Virus record (IMG/VR): IMGVR_UViG_3300021400_000612
Span: 1 to 64,000 of that record
Strand: one strand, 5' to 3'
Length of the DNA: 64,000 bases
Source of the DNA: a virus
Lineage: Duplodnaviria > Caudoviricetes
A program made the translations under genes and the position numbers. The notes beneath the pieces were generated by a model, which ran no database searches, was not told where the DNA came from, and saw only the letters and a list, made by a program, of their open reading frames with translations. This document shows positions 19,120 to 29,658 of this stretch, one piece after another; position 1 is the stretch's first letter, and each line of letters starts with the position of its first letter.

Positions 19120-19629
19120 ATGACTGATACATATAAATTTCCAGGCGGTAATGATGTTAAGGTAGTTCGTAAAGAAGATATCATTAACACTATTAATTGT
19201 AACATTGTTGACAAAGAAGTAGCACTAGCTATTGTTAAACAATGTGAAGTTGATGCTGCTAACTTTTTGCGTAAAGGTCGTTGGACAGGTATTCCTTTTA
19301 TGGGTAGCATTAAAGTTCCTGATGTTGTTAAAATGTCTAATACACCAGAACAAAAACAACTTATTGATGATGCTATTCATACTATTACTAATGAACAGTT
19401 TGTAATGTTTAGAAGGGAACTTGCTTATAATAATGAAAAGCGAGTTAAAGCTACTAGATATTATAACTATGTTTTAAGTATGGCAGTTGCTAAGAACAGA
19501 AATCTATTTAAGAAACTATGTAAAGAGAAAGGTGTTGGATATGCTCGTATTCATTTCTTTCTTATTTCTAGTATTACTGCTATTGAAAATGAATATGTTC
19601 CTGTAGAAGATGAAAACGGTAACTATTGA
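19120..19629 (+). CDS. conserved hypothetical protein
   Basis: 169-aa ORF. Confidence 0.65.
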   Translation: MTDTYKFPGGNDVKVVRKEDIINTINCNIVDKEVALAIVKQCEVDAANFLRKGRWTGIPFMGSIKVPDVVKMSNTPEQKQLIDDAIHTITNEQFVMFRRELAYNNEKRVKATRYYNYVLSMAVAKNRNLFKKLCKEKGVGYARIHFFLISSITAIENEYVPVEDENGNY

Positions 19630-20218
19630 TAGTTTACTTGTTGTTGATGATACAGGAATGCCTAAGGCTCCTGGAATTCGACAATTACTTGATAGAGATA
19701 TTAGAACTCTCTACAGTAGAGATAAATCTCCTGATAAGAAACAATATATGGCTGAAGCTATAGTTATTTATCAGTTAGGTGACCCTAAATCTCCTGCTAG
19801 ACAATCTGGATTAAGTGAAAGAGAAGCTCTTCAATATGCTATTGAACAAGCAGGTCTTGATAAAGGTTATATTCCTGATTCTCTAGTACTTCGTCTTATT
19901 AAGAGATATGAAGATGAAAATCTTACTGAAGCTGGTCGTGTTGTAGAAAATATACTTCAGACTATTCATAATGTTAATCTTCTTATTAGCCATCTTAATA
20001 AGTACTTTAATGACCAACTTGCTAAACCAACTCTCAGTGGTGAAGAACTATCTGTTATGTTTGGTAATATAGCTGCGGTTAAAAAAGAAGCTGGAGATAT
20101 TCCTTCTATACTTAAAAAGCTTGAAGAAGCTAAACAAAATTTAATGTATGAACAAGAAACAGAACTTTCTCGTGGAGGTAATGCTGTTTTAAGTTCAATG
20201 GATGCTGAAGATAATTAA
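19610..20218 (+). CDS. conserved hypothetical helical protein
   Basis: 202-aa ORF overlapping the previous gene. Confidence 0.65.
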   Translation: MKTVTIDSLLVVDDTGMPKAPGIRQLLDRDIRTLYSRDKSPDKKQYMAEAIVIYQLGDPKSPARQSGLSEREALQYAIEQAGLDKGYIPDSLVLRLIKRYEDENLTEAGRVVENILQTIHNVNLLISHLNKYFNDQLAKPTLSGEELSVMFGNIAAVKKEAGDIPSILKKLEEAKQNLMYEQETELSRGGNAVLSSMDAEDN

Positions 20219-20221
20219 GCT

Positions 20222-21208
20222 ATGGATAATAGATATAAAGATAACTTTCTTTTCTTTGACGAAGGTCCACATAAATATACTGATACTCTTGGGAATGAAT
20301 ATCGCAGCGTAACAACTTTGATTGGCGATTATTATAATCATTTCGATGCAGATTATTGGGCTCATAAGAAAGCTAAAGAACAAGGTAAATCTGAAAAACA
20401 AATCCGTGCTGAATGGGATAGAATTAAAGATGAAGCTTGTGAAAGAGGGACTGCTACACATAATGGTATAGAAGATGCTATTAAAAGTGTTAGTAAGTTT
20501 AAAGAAGCTATAAGATACTTAGAAGAAGCAAAGTCTGGAAGATGCATTACTATTGCAGATATTCCTGATTTAATACCTAGACCTTTAGATGTTGAAGAAT
20601 TTAAAGCAGCAACTAATAATAAATATCCCGAAATATATAGAGTGTTTGATTTCTATACTGAGCGAGGATATACTATCTACTCCGAAATTGGAGCATTCCT
20701 TATTGACTACCTTATTAGTGGAACTATTGATATTTTTTGTTATCGCCCTACTGATTTTGTAATCCTTGATTGGAAAACAAATAGAGATGGTCTTAAGTTT
20801 GAAGCTGGATATTATAAAAAAGATAAATCTACAATTCCTAATCAACTAACTAATGAATGGGTTAAGAAAAAGCAAAGTATGCTTCCTCCTCTCAATCATT
20901 TGGATGATTGTAATGGTATGCATTATACTATGCAGCTTTCTCTCTATGCTATTATGGCTGAAATTATTTTGGATATTCCTTGTATAGGATTAGGTCTTTG
21001 TCATATAGGTAGTCCTTGGATTCTTAATAAATATGGTCAACCTCTTAGAGATAATGAAGGCTATCATGTTGACCCAGATGGTGAAGAAACAGTTAAGTGG
21101 TTTAAAATACAATATCTTAAGAATGAAGCTAAGGCTCTTCTTAAAGATAGATATTATAGATTGAAAGCTGACAATAAAACAAGTAATCAACAACTAAGTT
21201 TATTTTAA
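20222..21208 (+). CDS. PD-(D/E)XK nuclease
   Basis: ERGTATHNGIE, SEIG, ISGTIDIF, ILDWKT, YTMQLSLY. Confidence 0.85.
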   Translation: MDNRYKDNFLFFDEGPHKYTDTLGNEYRSVTTLIGDYYNHFDADYWAHKKAKEQGKSEKQIRAEWDRIKDEACERGTATHNGIEDAIKSVSKFKEAIRYLEEAKSGRCITIADIPDLIPRPLDVEEFKAATNNKYPEIYRVFDFYTERGYTIYSEIGAFLIDYLISGTIDIFCYRPTDFVILDWKTNRDGLKFEAGYYKKDKSTIPNQLTNEWVKKKQSMLPPLNHLDDCNGMHYTMQLSLYAIMAEIILDIPCIGLGLCHIGSPWILNKYGQPLRDNEGYHVDPDGEETVKWFKIQYLKNEAKALLKDRYYRLKADNKTSNQQLSLF

Positions 21209-21209
21209 T

Positions 21210-21824
21210 ATGATTAAAAATGCTCTTTATAGTAAAGTCAAAGATTATGACTTTGAGAAACTATTTAAAAAGAAAGGTTATGCCTATTTTACTAATGGCG
21301 CTTATAATTTAAATATTATTGGCGTTCGTGCTGCTGGTCGTAATATAACAAATAGTTTTGACGATGTTCTTGTATTGATTTACAAAAGTCCTAGTGGACA
21401 ATGGCAACGTCAAATTTATAATATTACTACAGACCCAGGTAGATATTATATGCTTAATCCTACTACTCGTAAAGGTACAGCTATTCTTGTTCCTGGTCAA
21501 TATCGTGGAGCCTATCAAATAGATAAACATCGTGGTAAATACCTTGCTCTTTGTCAGAGAAAGCCAGTTAAAGTTTATCGTGATAATAATAAAAATCAAG
21601 TATATGATTGGGATATTAATAGTTTAGACGAAGGAATGTTTGGTATTAATATTCATAAAGCTGGAAAGTTATCTCAGCGTGTTGATACTTGGAGTGCTGG
21701 ATGTCAAGTTTTTGCTAGTGAAACTGATTTCAAATGTTTTATGAATTATTGTACTAAACAAGTTCAAAATGGTCTTGGTAAAAATTTTACTTACACATTA
21801 CTTAAAGAGGAGGAATTAGTATGA
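21210..21824 (+). CDS. putative endolysin, L,D-transpeptidase (YkuD)-like
   Basis: GINIHKAG...WSAGCQV His/Cys motif; precedes spanin-like genes. Confidence 0.6.
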   Translation: MIKNALYSKVKDYDFEKLFKKKGYAYFTNGAYNLNIIGVRAAGRNITNSFDDVLVLIYKSPSGQWQRQIYNITTDPGRYYMLNPTTRKGTAILVPGQYRGAYQIDKHRGKYLALCQRKPVKVYRDNNKNQVYDWDINSLDEGMFGINIHKAGKLSQRVDTWSAGCQVFASETDFKCFMNYCTKQVQNGLGKNFTYTLLKEEELV

Positions 21825-22099
21825 AAGACGAAAGTGTTACTTATTTTGAAAGAAGTTTATTTATAGTTTTTGTTGCTATACTTTTCTTTATAGTAGGATT
21901 TGTTGTAGGACATTTTGTTGTGCCTAATAAATGCACACCTGTAGATAATAAAACTATAGATTCTCTTACACAAGTTAATGATAGTATAAAAATAAAAATT
22001 GAAAAATTAGATAGTATTAAAAATGCAAAAGTTATTGAGGTTAGTACTCTTGATAATGATAGTACTCTTAAGTTGTTCTACGAGCTGGTGTCAGAATGA
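21821..22099 (+). CDS. Rz-like inner-membrane spanin
   Basis: N-terminal TM helix plus coiled coil; follows the lysin. Confidence 0.5.
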   Translation: MKDESVTYFERSLFIVFVAILFFIVGFVVGHFVVPNKCTPVDNKTIDSLTQVNDSIKIKIEKLDSIKNAKVIEVSTLDNDSTLKLFYELVSE

Positions 22100-22394
22100 T
22101 AATGTTACAATTTCTTCTACAGGGGAGCTTACTGCTACTCCTGACTCTGTACTTATTGCTTTTGATGACCTTCGTAAAGCTAACGCAAAGATGGTCGAAC
22201 TTAAGTATCAGAAAGAGATTAATGATTCACTTCGTTCAATTATTAAGAATGATGACATCATTATGCGAGAATACAGCCGTAACGTTGATGCTCTTAAGAA
22301 ACAAGTTAAACAAGTTAAAAGACAACGTAATCTCGCTATTGGGGGAGGAGTACTTGCCACGTTATCCATGGCTTTACTCGCAATATTCAAATAA
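22023..22394 (+). CDS. spanin-like membrane protein
   Basis: Signal/lipobox-like VLLSC, coiled coil and C-terminal TM; overlaps the Rz-like gene. Confidence 0.5.
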   Translation: MQKLLRLVLLIMIVLLSCSTSWCQNDNVTISSTGELTATPDSVLIAFDDLRKANAKMVELKYQKEINDSLRSIIKNDDIIMREYSRNVDALKKQVKQVKRQRNLAIGGGVLATLSMALLAIFK

Positions 22395-22396
22395 GA

Positions 22397-24673
22397 ATGG
22401 AACAGAGTGTTGAGAAATATATTAAAGATTATCCTTTTCTTCAATATATAAATGAAGATAAGAGTCATTATAAGCATGCAAAAGATGCAGGCTATGATGA
22501 CCCTGATGATTTGTTTCTTATTGGAGAGTCTGGTGGTTTTCTTCTTAATATTCAACCTGGAGATAGATTTGTAAATACTCATCTATTTACAGAAGCTGCT
22601 GATTTCTATCGTAAAAATAAATGTTATACTTTTTTTAAACAAGATAGTGTTCCTCATAGACGTTTTAGAAAGAGAGAAGAGTATCGTCGTAAGCACGGTT
22701 TTACTGCTCCTTGTCTTATGCGTAATGGTGTAGTTCAAGATATACGTATCACTGGTGGTATGTATAATTACTTGAACTATACTATGATTGAGCAACTTGA
22801 TACTAAATCAGCTAAAGCTACAGATAAAGCCTCAACAGGTAGAAAAGTATATGACTTTCCAAAGTTTATTGATGCTCAATTTTGGACTTGGCATATAATG
22901 GAATTTGTTCAACGTAATGGTTTTCATCTTATTATAGATAAAACTAGACGTGGTGGATTCTCTTATATTATGGCTGCTGATTCTGCTAATGACATTAATC
23001 TTAATAGTAGAAAAACTTTAATTCACGTAGCAGCTGATAAAAAGTATCTTACAGCAACTGGAGGTCTTACTGATTTTACAATTAACAATCTACGTTTTTA
23101 TGAAACTAAGACTCCTTTTGTTAGAGGTATTCTCTCAACTAACTCAGAAAACTTTAGACTAGGCTTTAAACTTCCTAATGGTACAGTATCTCCTAAATCT
23201 TGGAATAGTGCTTTGTTTAGTGTATCTGCGATGAATAATCCAGATTGTGCTATTGGTAAAGACGCTATGAAAGTTAAGGTTGAGGAGTTATCTACTATGG
23301 ATAACTTTGATGACTTTATGTCTGTAACTGAACCTGCTATGAGAACTGGTAGTTATGTTACAGGTAACCTTTTCTGTTGGGGTACTGCTACTTCAGGAAA
23401 TATGCAAGTATTTGAAACTAACTTTTATTCTCCGCAATCATTTGGCTTTATGCCTTTTGAAAATGTTTGGGATAAAGATAGTCGTAATGAATGCTGTGGA
23501 TATTTTAAACCTTATGCTTGGGGTCTTCAAGGTCAGATTGGTGACCAGTATGCAATGGATGAAGATGGTAACTCTAATCTAACTATTGGTCTTCAGATTG
23601 CGTTTAAAGAAAGAGAACATAAGAAAGCTACATCTAAGACTTTTGCTGACTATATTAATTATCTTGGTCAGTATGCTAATATGCCTTCTGAGTCTTTCAG
23701 TTCTACTACTGAAAACTTATTTAGTAGTGAATCTCTTATGTCTTGGGAAGAAACTCTTAGAACAGATAATAGATTTAAGTTCTATGTTGATGGTACTGTT
23801 ATTGAAGACCCTAATGATAAGAGAAGAGTTATCTTCAAAACTAATGCCAGAATAGAAGCTGAAGGAGGAAAACTTAATCAGGATTTTTACGAATGGATAC
23901 AAGGTGTTCCTCGTAAAGGTCATGAACACCCTCATGGCTGTGTTCGTCTTTGGTTTAATCCTATTAAGGTACAATATACAGATAAGGATGGAAATCAAGT
24001 TATGGGAACTCCTCCAGGTATTTATTCTATAAGCTATGACCCTGTTGGTGTAAATAAAGAAAATAAAGCTATTACAAATAAACATTCTCATAATAGTATT
24101 AAAGTTTGGATGGAACCTTGTCAATATAACAATTTTAAGCCTGCTCTTGCTGCTGCTTATTATGGTCGTCCTGAAAAACTTGAAGAGGCTGATTGGATAT
24201 GTTATTTGCTAGCTAGATTATATAATTGTGTGGGTACTGTTGCCGTTGAAATTAACAGAGGTGAAACTGTAAGTAACTTTACTAAATGGAAAGCTTTACG
24301 TTATCTTATGAAAGACCCTGTAGAAATATGGGATACTTCTCTTAAAGGTAAAGTAGCTGGTACTTATGGTGTTAATATGGGTGATGGTACTAAGAAACTC
24401 GAAGGATTACGTCTGCTTAAAGAAATGCTTTACACTGTTATTGGTAAAGATGAATTAGGTCATGATGTATATTTTTTCCAAACTATCTATGATTATCAAT
24501 CTATTCTTGAACTTAAAAAGTGGAATAATTTTGGTAACTTTGATAGGGTCTCTGAGATGATTATGAGAGCTCTTCGTTGGCGTCTTTTTGATGTTCAAGC
24601 TGCAAAAGAACTAGCTCATCGTAAGAAAATAGAAAAGAATAGTGATAATATATGGACTAGAGCCTGGTATTGA
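22397..24673 (+). CDS. terL: terminase large subunit
   Basis: IDKTRRGGFSY Walker A region, KVEE Walker B, WGTA, nuclease ISYDP, FDRVSE. Confidence 0.93.
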   Translation: MEQSVEKYIKDYPFLQYINEDKSHYKHAKDAGYDDPDDLFLIGESGGFLLNIQPGDRFVNTHLFTEAADFYRKNKCYTFFKQDSVPHRRFRKREEYRRKHGFTAPCLMRNGVVQDIRITGGMYNYLNYTMIEQLDTKSAKATDKASTGRKVYDFPKFIDAQFWTWHIMEFVQRNGFHLIIDKTRRGGFSYIMAADSANDINLNSRKTLIHVAADKKYLTATGGLTDFTINNLRFYETKTPFVRGILSTNSENFRLGFKLPNGTVSPKSWNSALFSVSAMNNPDCAIGKDAMKVKVEELSTMDNFDDFMSVTEPAMRTGSYVTGNLFCWGTATSGNMQVFETNFYSPQSFGFMPFENVWDKDSRNECCGYFKPYAWGLQGQIGDQYAMDEDGNSNLTIGLQIAFKEREHKKATSKTFADYINYLGQYANMPSESFSSTTENLFSSESLMSWEETLRTDNRFKFYVDGTVIEDPNDKRRVIFKTNARIEAEGGKLNQDFYEWIQGVPRKGHEHPHGCVRLWFNPIKVQYTDKDGNQVMGTPPGIYSISYDPVGVNKENKAITNKHSHNSIKVWMEPCQYNNFKPALAAAYYGRPEKLEEADWICYLLARLYNCVGTVAVEINRGETVSNFTKWKALRYLMKDPVEIWDTSLKGKVAGTYGVNMGDGTKKLEGLRLLKEMLYTVIGKDELGHDVYFFQTIYDYQSILELKKWNNFGNFDRVSEMIMRALRWRLFDVQAAKELAHRKKIEKNSDNIWTRAWY

Positions 24674-24688
24674 ATTAATTAAAATAAA

Positions 24689-27109
24689 ATGGAATTAGGT
24701 AGAATTGATAGAAACTTTCCACAACAAAGAGTTCCATATTCTGAAAAACAAAAAGCAGAATGGTATGCGAATTCTATAGACTATATCATTGATATGGGTC
24801 TTAGTTGTAATGATAGGAATGATACTGAAAGAAAGTTAGATATTCTTCATGGTAACATTCCTAATGAGTTTTATAAAAAGACTCTTAACCCTTATAATAG
24901 TAATAACGAGAAATATACTCGTTTCCCTGCTACTATGAGGAATCTTGATATTATGTCTGATATTATTAGAAGATATGTATCTGAATACTTTAAAGGTATT
25001 CATGAGTTTATTGTATCTGCTAGTAATCCAGAGATTGTTATTAAGAAATCTGCTAAACTTAGAGAAGAGATTGGTATTATGGCTTCTCAAGCTTTTCAGC
25101 AAGAGTTTGAAAAAAGACTTCAACAAATGCAAGCTGAGGCTGCTCAACAAGGTGTTCCACCAGAGCAAATTAATCCTCAAGAAGCTATGCCTAATCCTGA
25201 AGAGTTTATGAAAAACTTTAATGAGAAATATATTGATGACGAAAGTAAACAAGGACAAGATGTTCTTAATTTTGTTAGAAGTATTACTTCTGACATTATG
25301 ATTTATCTTTCTGCTTTCTTTGATTATGTTTCTCTTGGTGAATGTTATACTTATTCAGATATTAGAGGTGAGAAAGTTGTTAAAGAACATATTCCTGTAA
25401 TTGATGCATTTCCTATTCCTAACGGGGAGTTTTTTGTAGAAGACCATGATATGTTTGCAAGACGTAATCTTATGTCTTATCCTCAGATTCTTGATATGTT
25501 CGATGATGTTCTTACAAAAGAAGATAGAGCTTATTTAGAGAAATACTATGATTATAGTAGTGCTAGTGGTCCTACTCAACTTATGTATTCTAAATTCTTC
25601 GAATATTATCCTGATGTTTGTGAAAAGTTTACAAAAACAGAACGTGAACTATTTAAAAATGAAGGTGTACGAGTAGAAGCTGTTAATAACAATTTATATG
25701 AAGTATGGCACGTTGTTTGGAGAGGTTACGCTAGACAAGGTATTCTTACTTATGTAAACGAGGTAGGTCTTGTTACAACTAAAGTTGTAGATGAGTCTTA
25801 TAAACTAGATACTAAAGCTGGAGATATTTCTATTGAATGGGCATACAAACCACAAGTTTATGAAGGCTATCGTATCGGTGGAAGATATACTGCTATTTAT
25901 CCTATCAAGGCTAGACCTATATCCTTTGAACGTGATGGTAAACTTCCTTATAATGGTATTATGGAAGTAATTCCTTATATGGGTAAATTTAGTATTATCA
26001 AAACTATTACTCCTTTCCAGATTATGCGTAATATCTTTGCTTATCATCGTGAAATGGTTATAGCAAAGAACAAGATGCTTATTCTTCTTCTTCCTGAAAG
26101 TCTTGTATCAAGTAAGTCTGAAGATAGAGTTTATAGGATGGCTGCAGATGGTGTTCTTCTTGTTGATGATAGTGAAGATACTAACTCTCAGAAGATGGCT
26201 CAAGTAAGATTACTTAATGCTCAAATGGGAGATTACATAGCTCAAATTACTCAACTTATGGAAGCTACTCGTCAAGAGGCTTGGGATACTGTTGATATGA
26301 ATGCTCAGCGTTATGGTGACATTGCTCAGTCTTCTGGTGTTGGTACAACTCAAGAGGCTATTGCTCGTTCATCTATGGGTAGTGTTATCATAGTTCAAGT
26401 TTTTGATGAGATGCGTCGTCGTGATTATCAAAGAGATATTGACTTCTGTAAACTTGCATTTATTGATGGACTTGATACTGCATACTTAGATGCAGATGGT
26501 AATCGTCATTATATTAGCCTTGACGTTAATAGTTTTGTATATTCTACATATGGAGTAACTGTTAAAAACGATGCTAAAGAACAAGATAAACTTCAACAAC
26601 TTCGTCAATGGGCTTTTAGTGCTGCTCAGAACGGTGACCTTGATATGGCTCTTGCCGCTATTACAGGTGATAACATATCTCAAATTAAAGCAACTGTCCA
26701 AAAATTCAATGAAATAAAAGCACAACATGAAGAGCAAATGAAACAAGTTGATGCTCAACTCAAAGAAGAAGAGATTCAAAATAAACTTCGTGAGATTGAA
26801 GCTAAAGGTGACCAAGATAGACAACTTGAAGAACTTAAATTCCAACATGAAATGGCTCTTAAATATGTTGATGTTGATATGTCTATGCTCGGCAGTGCTG
26901 GTGGAGATGAAGCAGAACAAGCTAAGAATAGATTAGCAGCAGCTGTTGAAGATAACAAAGCTAGAAATGACCAAGCTAAGATAGAACTTGAACGTCAGAA
27001 GATGCAAGCTGATTTATATAATCAAGCTGCTGATAGAGCTGTTAAAATGGAAGATATTAAGTCTAAAGAACGTATAGCTAAGACCAATAAAAACAAATAT
27101 GATAAATAA
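24689..27109 (+). CDS. portal protein
   Basis: 806 aa directly after TerL; crAss portal-like NFPQQRVP...MNAQRYG. Confidence 0.88.
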   Translation: MELGRIDRNFPQQRVPYSEKQKAEWYANSIDYIIDMGLSCNDRNDTERKLDILHGNIPNEFYKKTLNPYNSNNEKYTRFPATMRNLDIMSDIIRRYVSEYFKGIHEFIVSASNPEIVIKKSAKLREEIGIMASQAFQQEFEKRLQQMQAEAAQQGVPPEQINPQEAMPNPEEFMKNFNEKYIDDESKQGQDVLNFVRSITSDIMIYLSAFFDYVSLGECYTYSDIRGEKVVKEHIPVIDAFPIPNGEFFVEDHDMFARRNLMSYPQILDMFDDVLTKEDRAYLEKYYDYSSASGPTQLMYSKFFEYYPDVCEKFTKTERELFKNEGVRVEAVNNNLYEVWHVVWRGYARQGILTYVNEVGLVTTKVVDESYKLDTKAGDISIEWAYKPQVYEGYRIGGRYTAIYPIKARPISFERDGKLPYNGIMEVIPYMGKFSIIKTITPFQIMRNIFAYHREMVIAKNKMLILLLPESLVSSKSEDRVYRMAADGVLLVDDSEDTNSQKMAQVRLLNAQMGDYIAQITQLMEATRQEAWDTVDMNAQRYGDIAQSSGVGTTQEAIARSSMGSVIIVQVFDEMRRRDYQRDIDFCKLAFIDGLDTAYLDADGNRHYISLDVNSFVYSTYGVTVKNDAKEQDKLQQLRQWAFSAAQNGDLDMALAAITGDNISQIKATVQKFNEIKAQHEEQMKQVDAQLKEEEIQNKLREIEAKGDQDRQLEELKFQHEMALKYVDVDMSMLGSAGGDEAEQAKNRLAAAVEDNKARNDQAKIELERQKMQADLYNQAADRAVKMEDIKSKERIAKTNKNKYDK

Positions 27110-27192
27110 TCTTAAAGAAAGGTTTAAGGGTTTTATTAAAGCTAAACACATTCCTATAAGTGAAGAAAGTATTGATAAAATGTTTTTGAATT

Positions 27193-27471
27193 ATGATAGA
27201 GAAAATAATAAATTTGCTGGCTAGTATACCAAACGATAAACTATTACATTCGTATTTGGTATTAATACTTAGCTTGATATTCTATGATATACTAGAATTA
27301 TTCTTACCTATGTGGTGGAATATACTTGTTACAACTATAATATCTACTATTATTATGATACTTAAAGAATGGTATGATAGTAAACATAATTGTACTCATA
27401 GTGTAGAATTAAAAGATGTTATAGCTGGTTATGGTGGTTTGATACTTGGATTACTATTAAAATTATTGTAG
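27193..27471 (+). CDS. small multi-TM membrane protein
   Basis: NDKLLH...KEWYD...D pattern with three hydrophobic segments. Confidence 0.6.
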   Translation: MIEKIINLLASIPNDKLLHSYLVLILSLIFYDILELFLPMWWNILVTTIISTIIMILKEWYDSKHNCTHSVELKDVIAGYGGLILGLLLKLL

Positions 27472-27473
27472 TT

Positions 27474-28292
27474 ATGCCTACTAAAAGAAGAAGTTTAGAA
27501 AGTGTTCCTGGTATTGATAGAGGAACTATTAATCCTATGTCAGAAGAGTTAGCTGAATTAGCAACATCTTCTCAACAAAATAGAATAAATACTACTAAAG
27601 CTTCTACATATGCTTTTAATGTAGATGATATGGCTTATAGAATGAGAGAATTTCATCCAGAAATTACTCATGAACAAGTAGATAATGTTTATAGAACTAC
27701 TCCTGTTATAGCTAGTGATAGATATAGAGGTCGTACACAAGGCATATATAATAACGGCGGTGGTGATAGTTCAAGAAGTAGGATTATGATATATCAGCCT
27801 GATACTATGTCTGATTATAAGCTACGAGATGTTTTAGGACATGAAAGTAATCATGCCGTTTATGATAAATTATATAAAGGAAAATTAACAGAAAAAGAAA
27901 AAGAATATTTAAATAATGCTTATCCCGAAGCTATTTTCAGAGAAAATGCTGATAGTAATGAAGAGCGTCATGCTGTAAACAAACAACTGAGAAATTTTGT
28001 TTCAGACCTTAATGGAGGAATTATAGGTGAAAGTCTAGATAAAGCTATAGATGAAGTTCCTGATAACGTTCTAATGGAACATTATTTCAAAAATATGGGT
28101 ACTGGATATACTGACGATTATAATAATGGTAATTATTTAGGTGTAGATTCTTATAAAGGAGCTAAATTTATGAAAACTGCTGATGGTAAATGGGATTCTA
28201 ATAAAATTAAAAATATTAGAGAAGCTATGAAACACGTAGCTAGTATCGATAGAAAATTTAGTATTAAAAACAAAAATAGTATATTATCATAA
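27474..28292 (+). CDS. putative zincin metallopeptidase-like protein
   Basis: LGHESNH (HExxH) with downstream NEE. Confidence 0.5.
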   Translation: MPTKRRSLESVPGIDRGTINPMSEELAELATSSQQNRINTTKASTYAFNVDDMAYRMREFHPEITHEQVDNVYRTTPVIASDRYRGRTQGIYNNGGGDSSRSRIMIYQPDTMSDYKLRDVLGHESNHAVYDKLYKGKLTEKEKEYLNNAYPEAIFRENADSNEERHAVNKQLRNFVSDLNGGIIGESLDKAIDEVPDNVLMEHYFKNMGTGYTDDYNNGNYLGVDSYKGAKFMKTADGKWDSNKIKNIREAMKHVASIDRKFSIKNKNSILS

Positions 28293-28303
28293 TTGTTATA
28301 GTT

Positions 28304-29224
28304 ATGCCCATTAGATATAAAAGTAAATACACAGGTGTTATACACGATACAAAAGAAGCCGCTATGAAGGATAATTGGCTTTATCTTAACAATCCTTCTT
28401 TTAGAATAGGTGTTAAACAAAATACTGTTAAACAAAATAGTGAACTTCGTATTCCGTTTATTCAAGATAAGAAAGTAAAGTTATCTAACGCTGGTCTTGC
28501 TACTGGTGCTATACTGTCTACTAATATGCTAGATAGTATAGCTAAGTATGCAGATAGAGCTGGACTTCCTCTTAAGACTGCATTAGGATTAGCTGTAAAA
28601 GAAAGTACTCTTGGCAATCCTACAGATGATACTAGTGTATACAAATTATTATCTAAAGAAAAAGAAGCATATTTTAGAAGTCAAGGTACTGGTCAGCATA
28701 TAAATAACGGTCGTGATGTTGAAGCTAGAGAACTTATAAATTATTATGGGGATAATGATAATCCTTATACAGTTCTCATTAATACAGCAAGAAGTAGTAA
28801 AGACTATGTTGGTACTCTTCTTAAAGGAGAGAAATACGCTGATAGACTAGCTAAGAAAAAACAAGGTAGAGAAAAAACTAATGTTTTAGAAGCTGGTTTT
28901 AGATTTTATAAAAATAATCCTACTAAGTATAATCCTGGTCAACCTAATTATCAACAATTAGTTAATAAGCGAGCTAATGAAGTTTGGGCTAGTCCTGAAA
29001 TTCAAGATTGGTATAAACGTAGTTTAGAAGATGGCAGAACTCAAAAGAAAGAAGGCGGTATTCATATAGCTCCTTCTAAACGTGGTACTTTCACAGCTGC
29101 TGCAACTAAACACGGTATGGGAGTTCAAGAGTTTGCTTCTAGAGTTTTAAGAAATAAAGAGGATTATTCTCCTGCTATGGTTAAGAAAGCTAACTTTGCA
29201 AGAAATGCTAGTAAATGGCATTAA
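28304..29224 (+). CDS. putative virion protein with lysozyme-like domain
   Basis: ALGLAVKESTLGN and YNPG resemble SLT/lysozyme motifs; C-terminal GGIHIAPSKRGTFT...KKANFARNA module. Confidence 0.45.
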   Translation: MPIRYKSKYTGVIHDTKEAAMKDNWLYLNNPSFRIGVKQNTVKQNSELRIPFIQDKKVKLSNAGLATGAILSTNMLDSIAKYADRAGLPLKTALGLAVKESTLGNPTDDTSVYKLLSKEKEAYFRSQGTGQHINNGRDVEARELINYYGDNDNPYTVLINTARSSKDYVGTLLKGEKYADRLAKKKQGREKTNVLEAGFRFYKNNPTKYNPGQPNYQQLVNKRANEVWASPEIQDWYKRSLEDGRTQKKEGGIHIAPSKRGTFTAAATKHGMGVQEFASRVLRNKEDYSPAMVKKANFARNASKWH

Positions 29225-29261
29225 AGGTATAATTTAACTTGAGTGCATTCCCAAGTTACTC

Positions 29262-29310
29262 AGTGTCCTGGTAGTATTAAATGTACTATTCAGGACACTT
29301 TATTTATTTG
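29262..29310 (+). terminator. intrinsic terminator
   Basis: AGTGTCCTG...CAGGACACT followed by TTATTTATTT. Confidence 0.75.
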
Positions 29311-29319
29311 TAGGATTTA

Positions 29320-29415
29320 AAATTCATTTTGGCAGGCTTGCATAGTCTTGCTGAATAACTTATCGACCGACATATTTCTAAATAATGTGGCAAACGTAAG
29401 ATAGCAAATAGAGAA
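29320..29415. repeat. 96-bp dispersed element, copy C
   Basis: AAATTCATTTT...ATAGT...TATC...ATATTT...AAATAGAGAA. Confidence 0.65.
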
Positions 29416-29578
29416 TTTTTAGATAGTATTTGCACCCCTTTAGAAAAGATTATTGATTACTGCTGAAGCTATTAAAGTTTATGCTTAAACTATTGGCATC
29501 ATTAATTTCGTGCGTACCTTATTTAATTATGATGTCAATAGCGGTGGTACATATATTTATTAAAAAGTTTTAAAATAT

Positions 29579-29609
29579 TTTGCAGATTGAGATAAAAGTA
29601 TTATATTTG
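29579..29609 (+). promoter_or_regulatory. capsid-operon promoter
   Basis: TTTG, 19 nt, TATATTTG. Confidence 0.8.
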
Positions 29610-29658
29610 TAGCGTCTTATAACAAAGTAATAATTATTATAAATCTAAAGTTTAAGTT

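Noticed and set aside
25417-25433. CCTAACGGGGAGT in portal as a motif copy
   Set aside because: Only four G and a mismatched 5' half; explained by PNGE coding.
5803-27109. Introns or inteins in PolB, helicase, terminase or portal
   Set aside because: ORFs are continuous, of ordinary length, with no intein motifs noticed.
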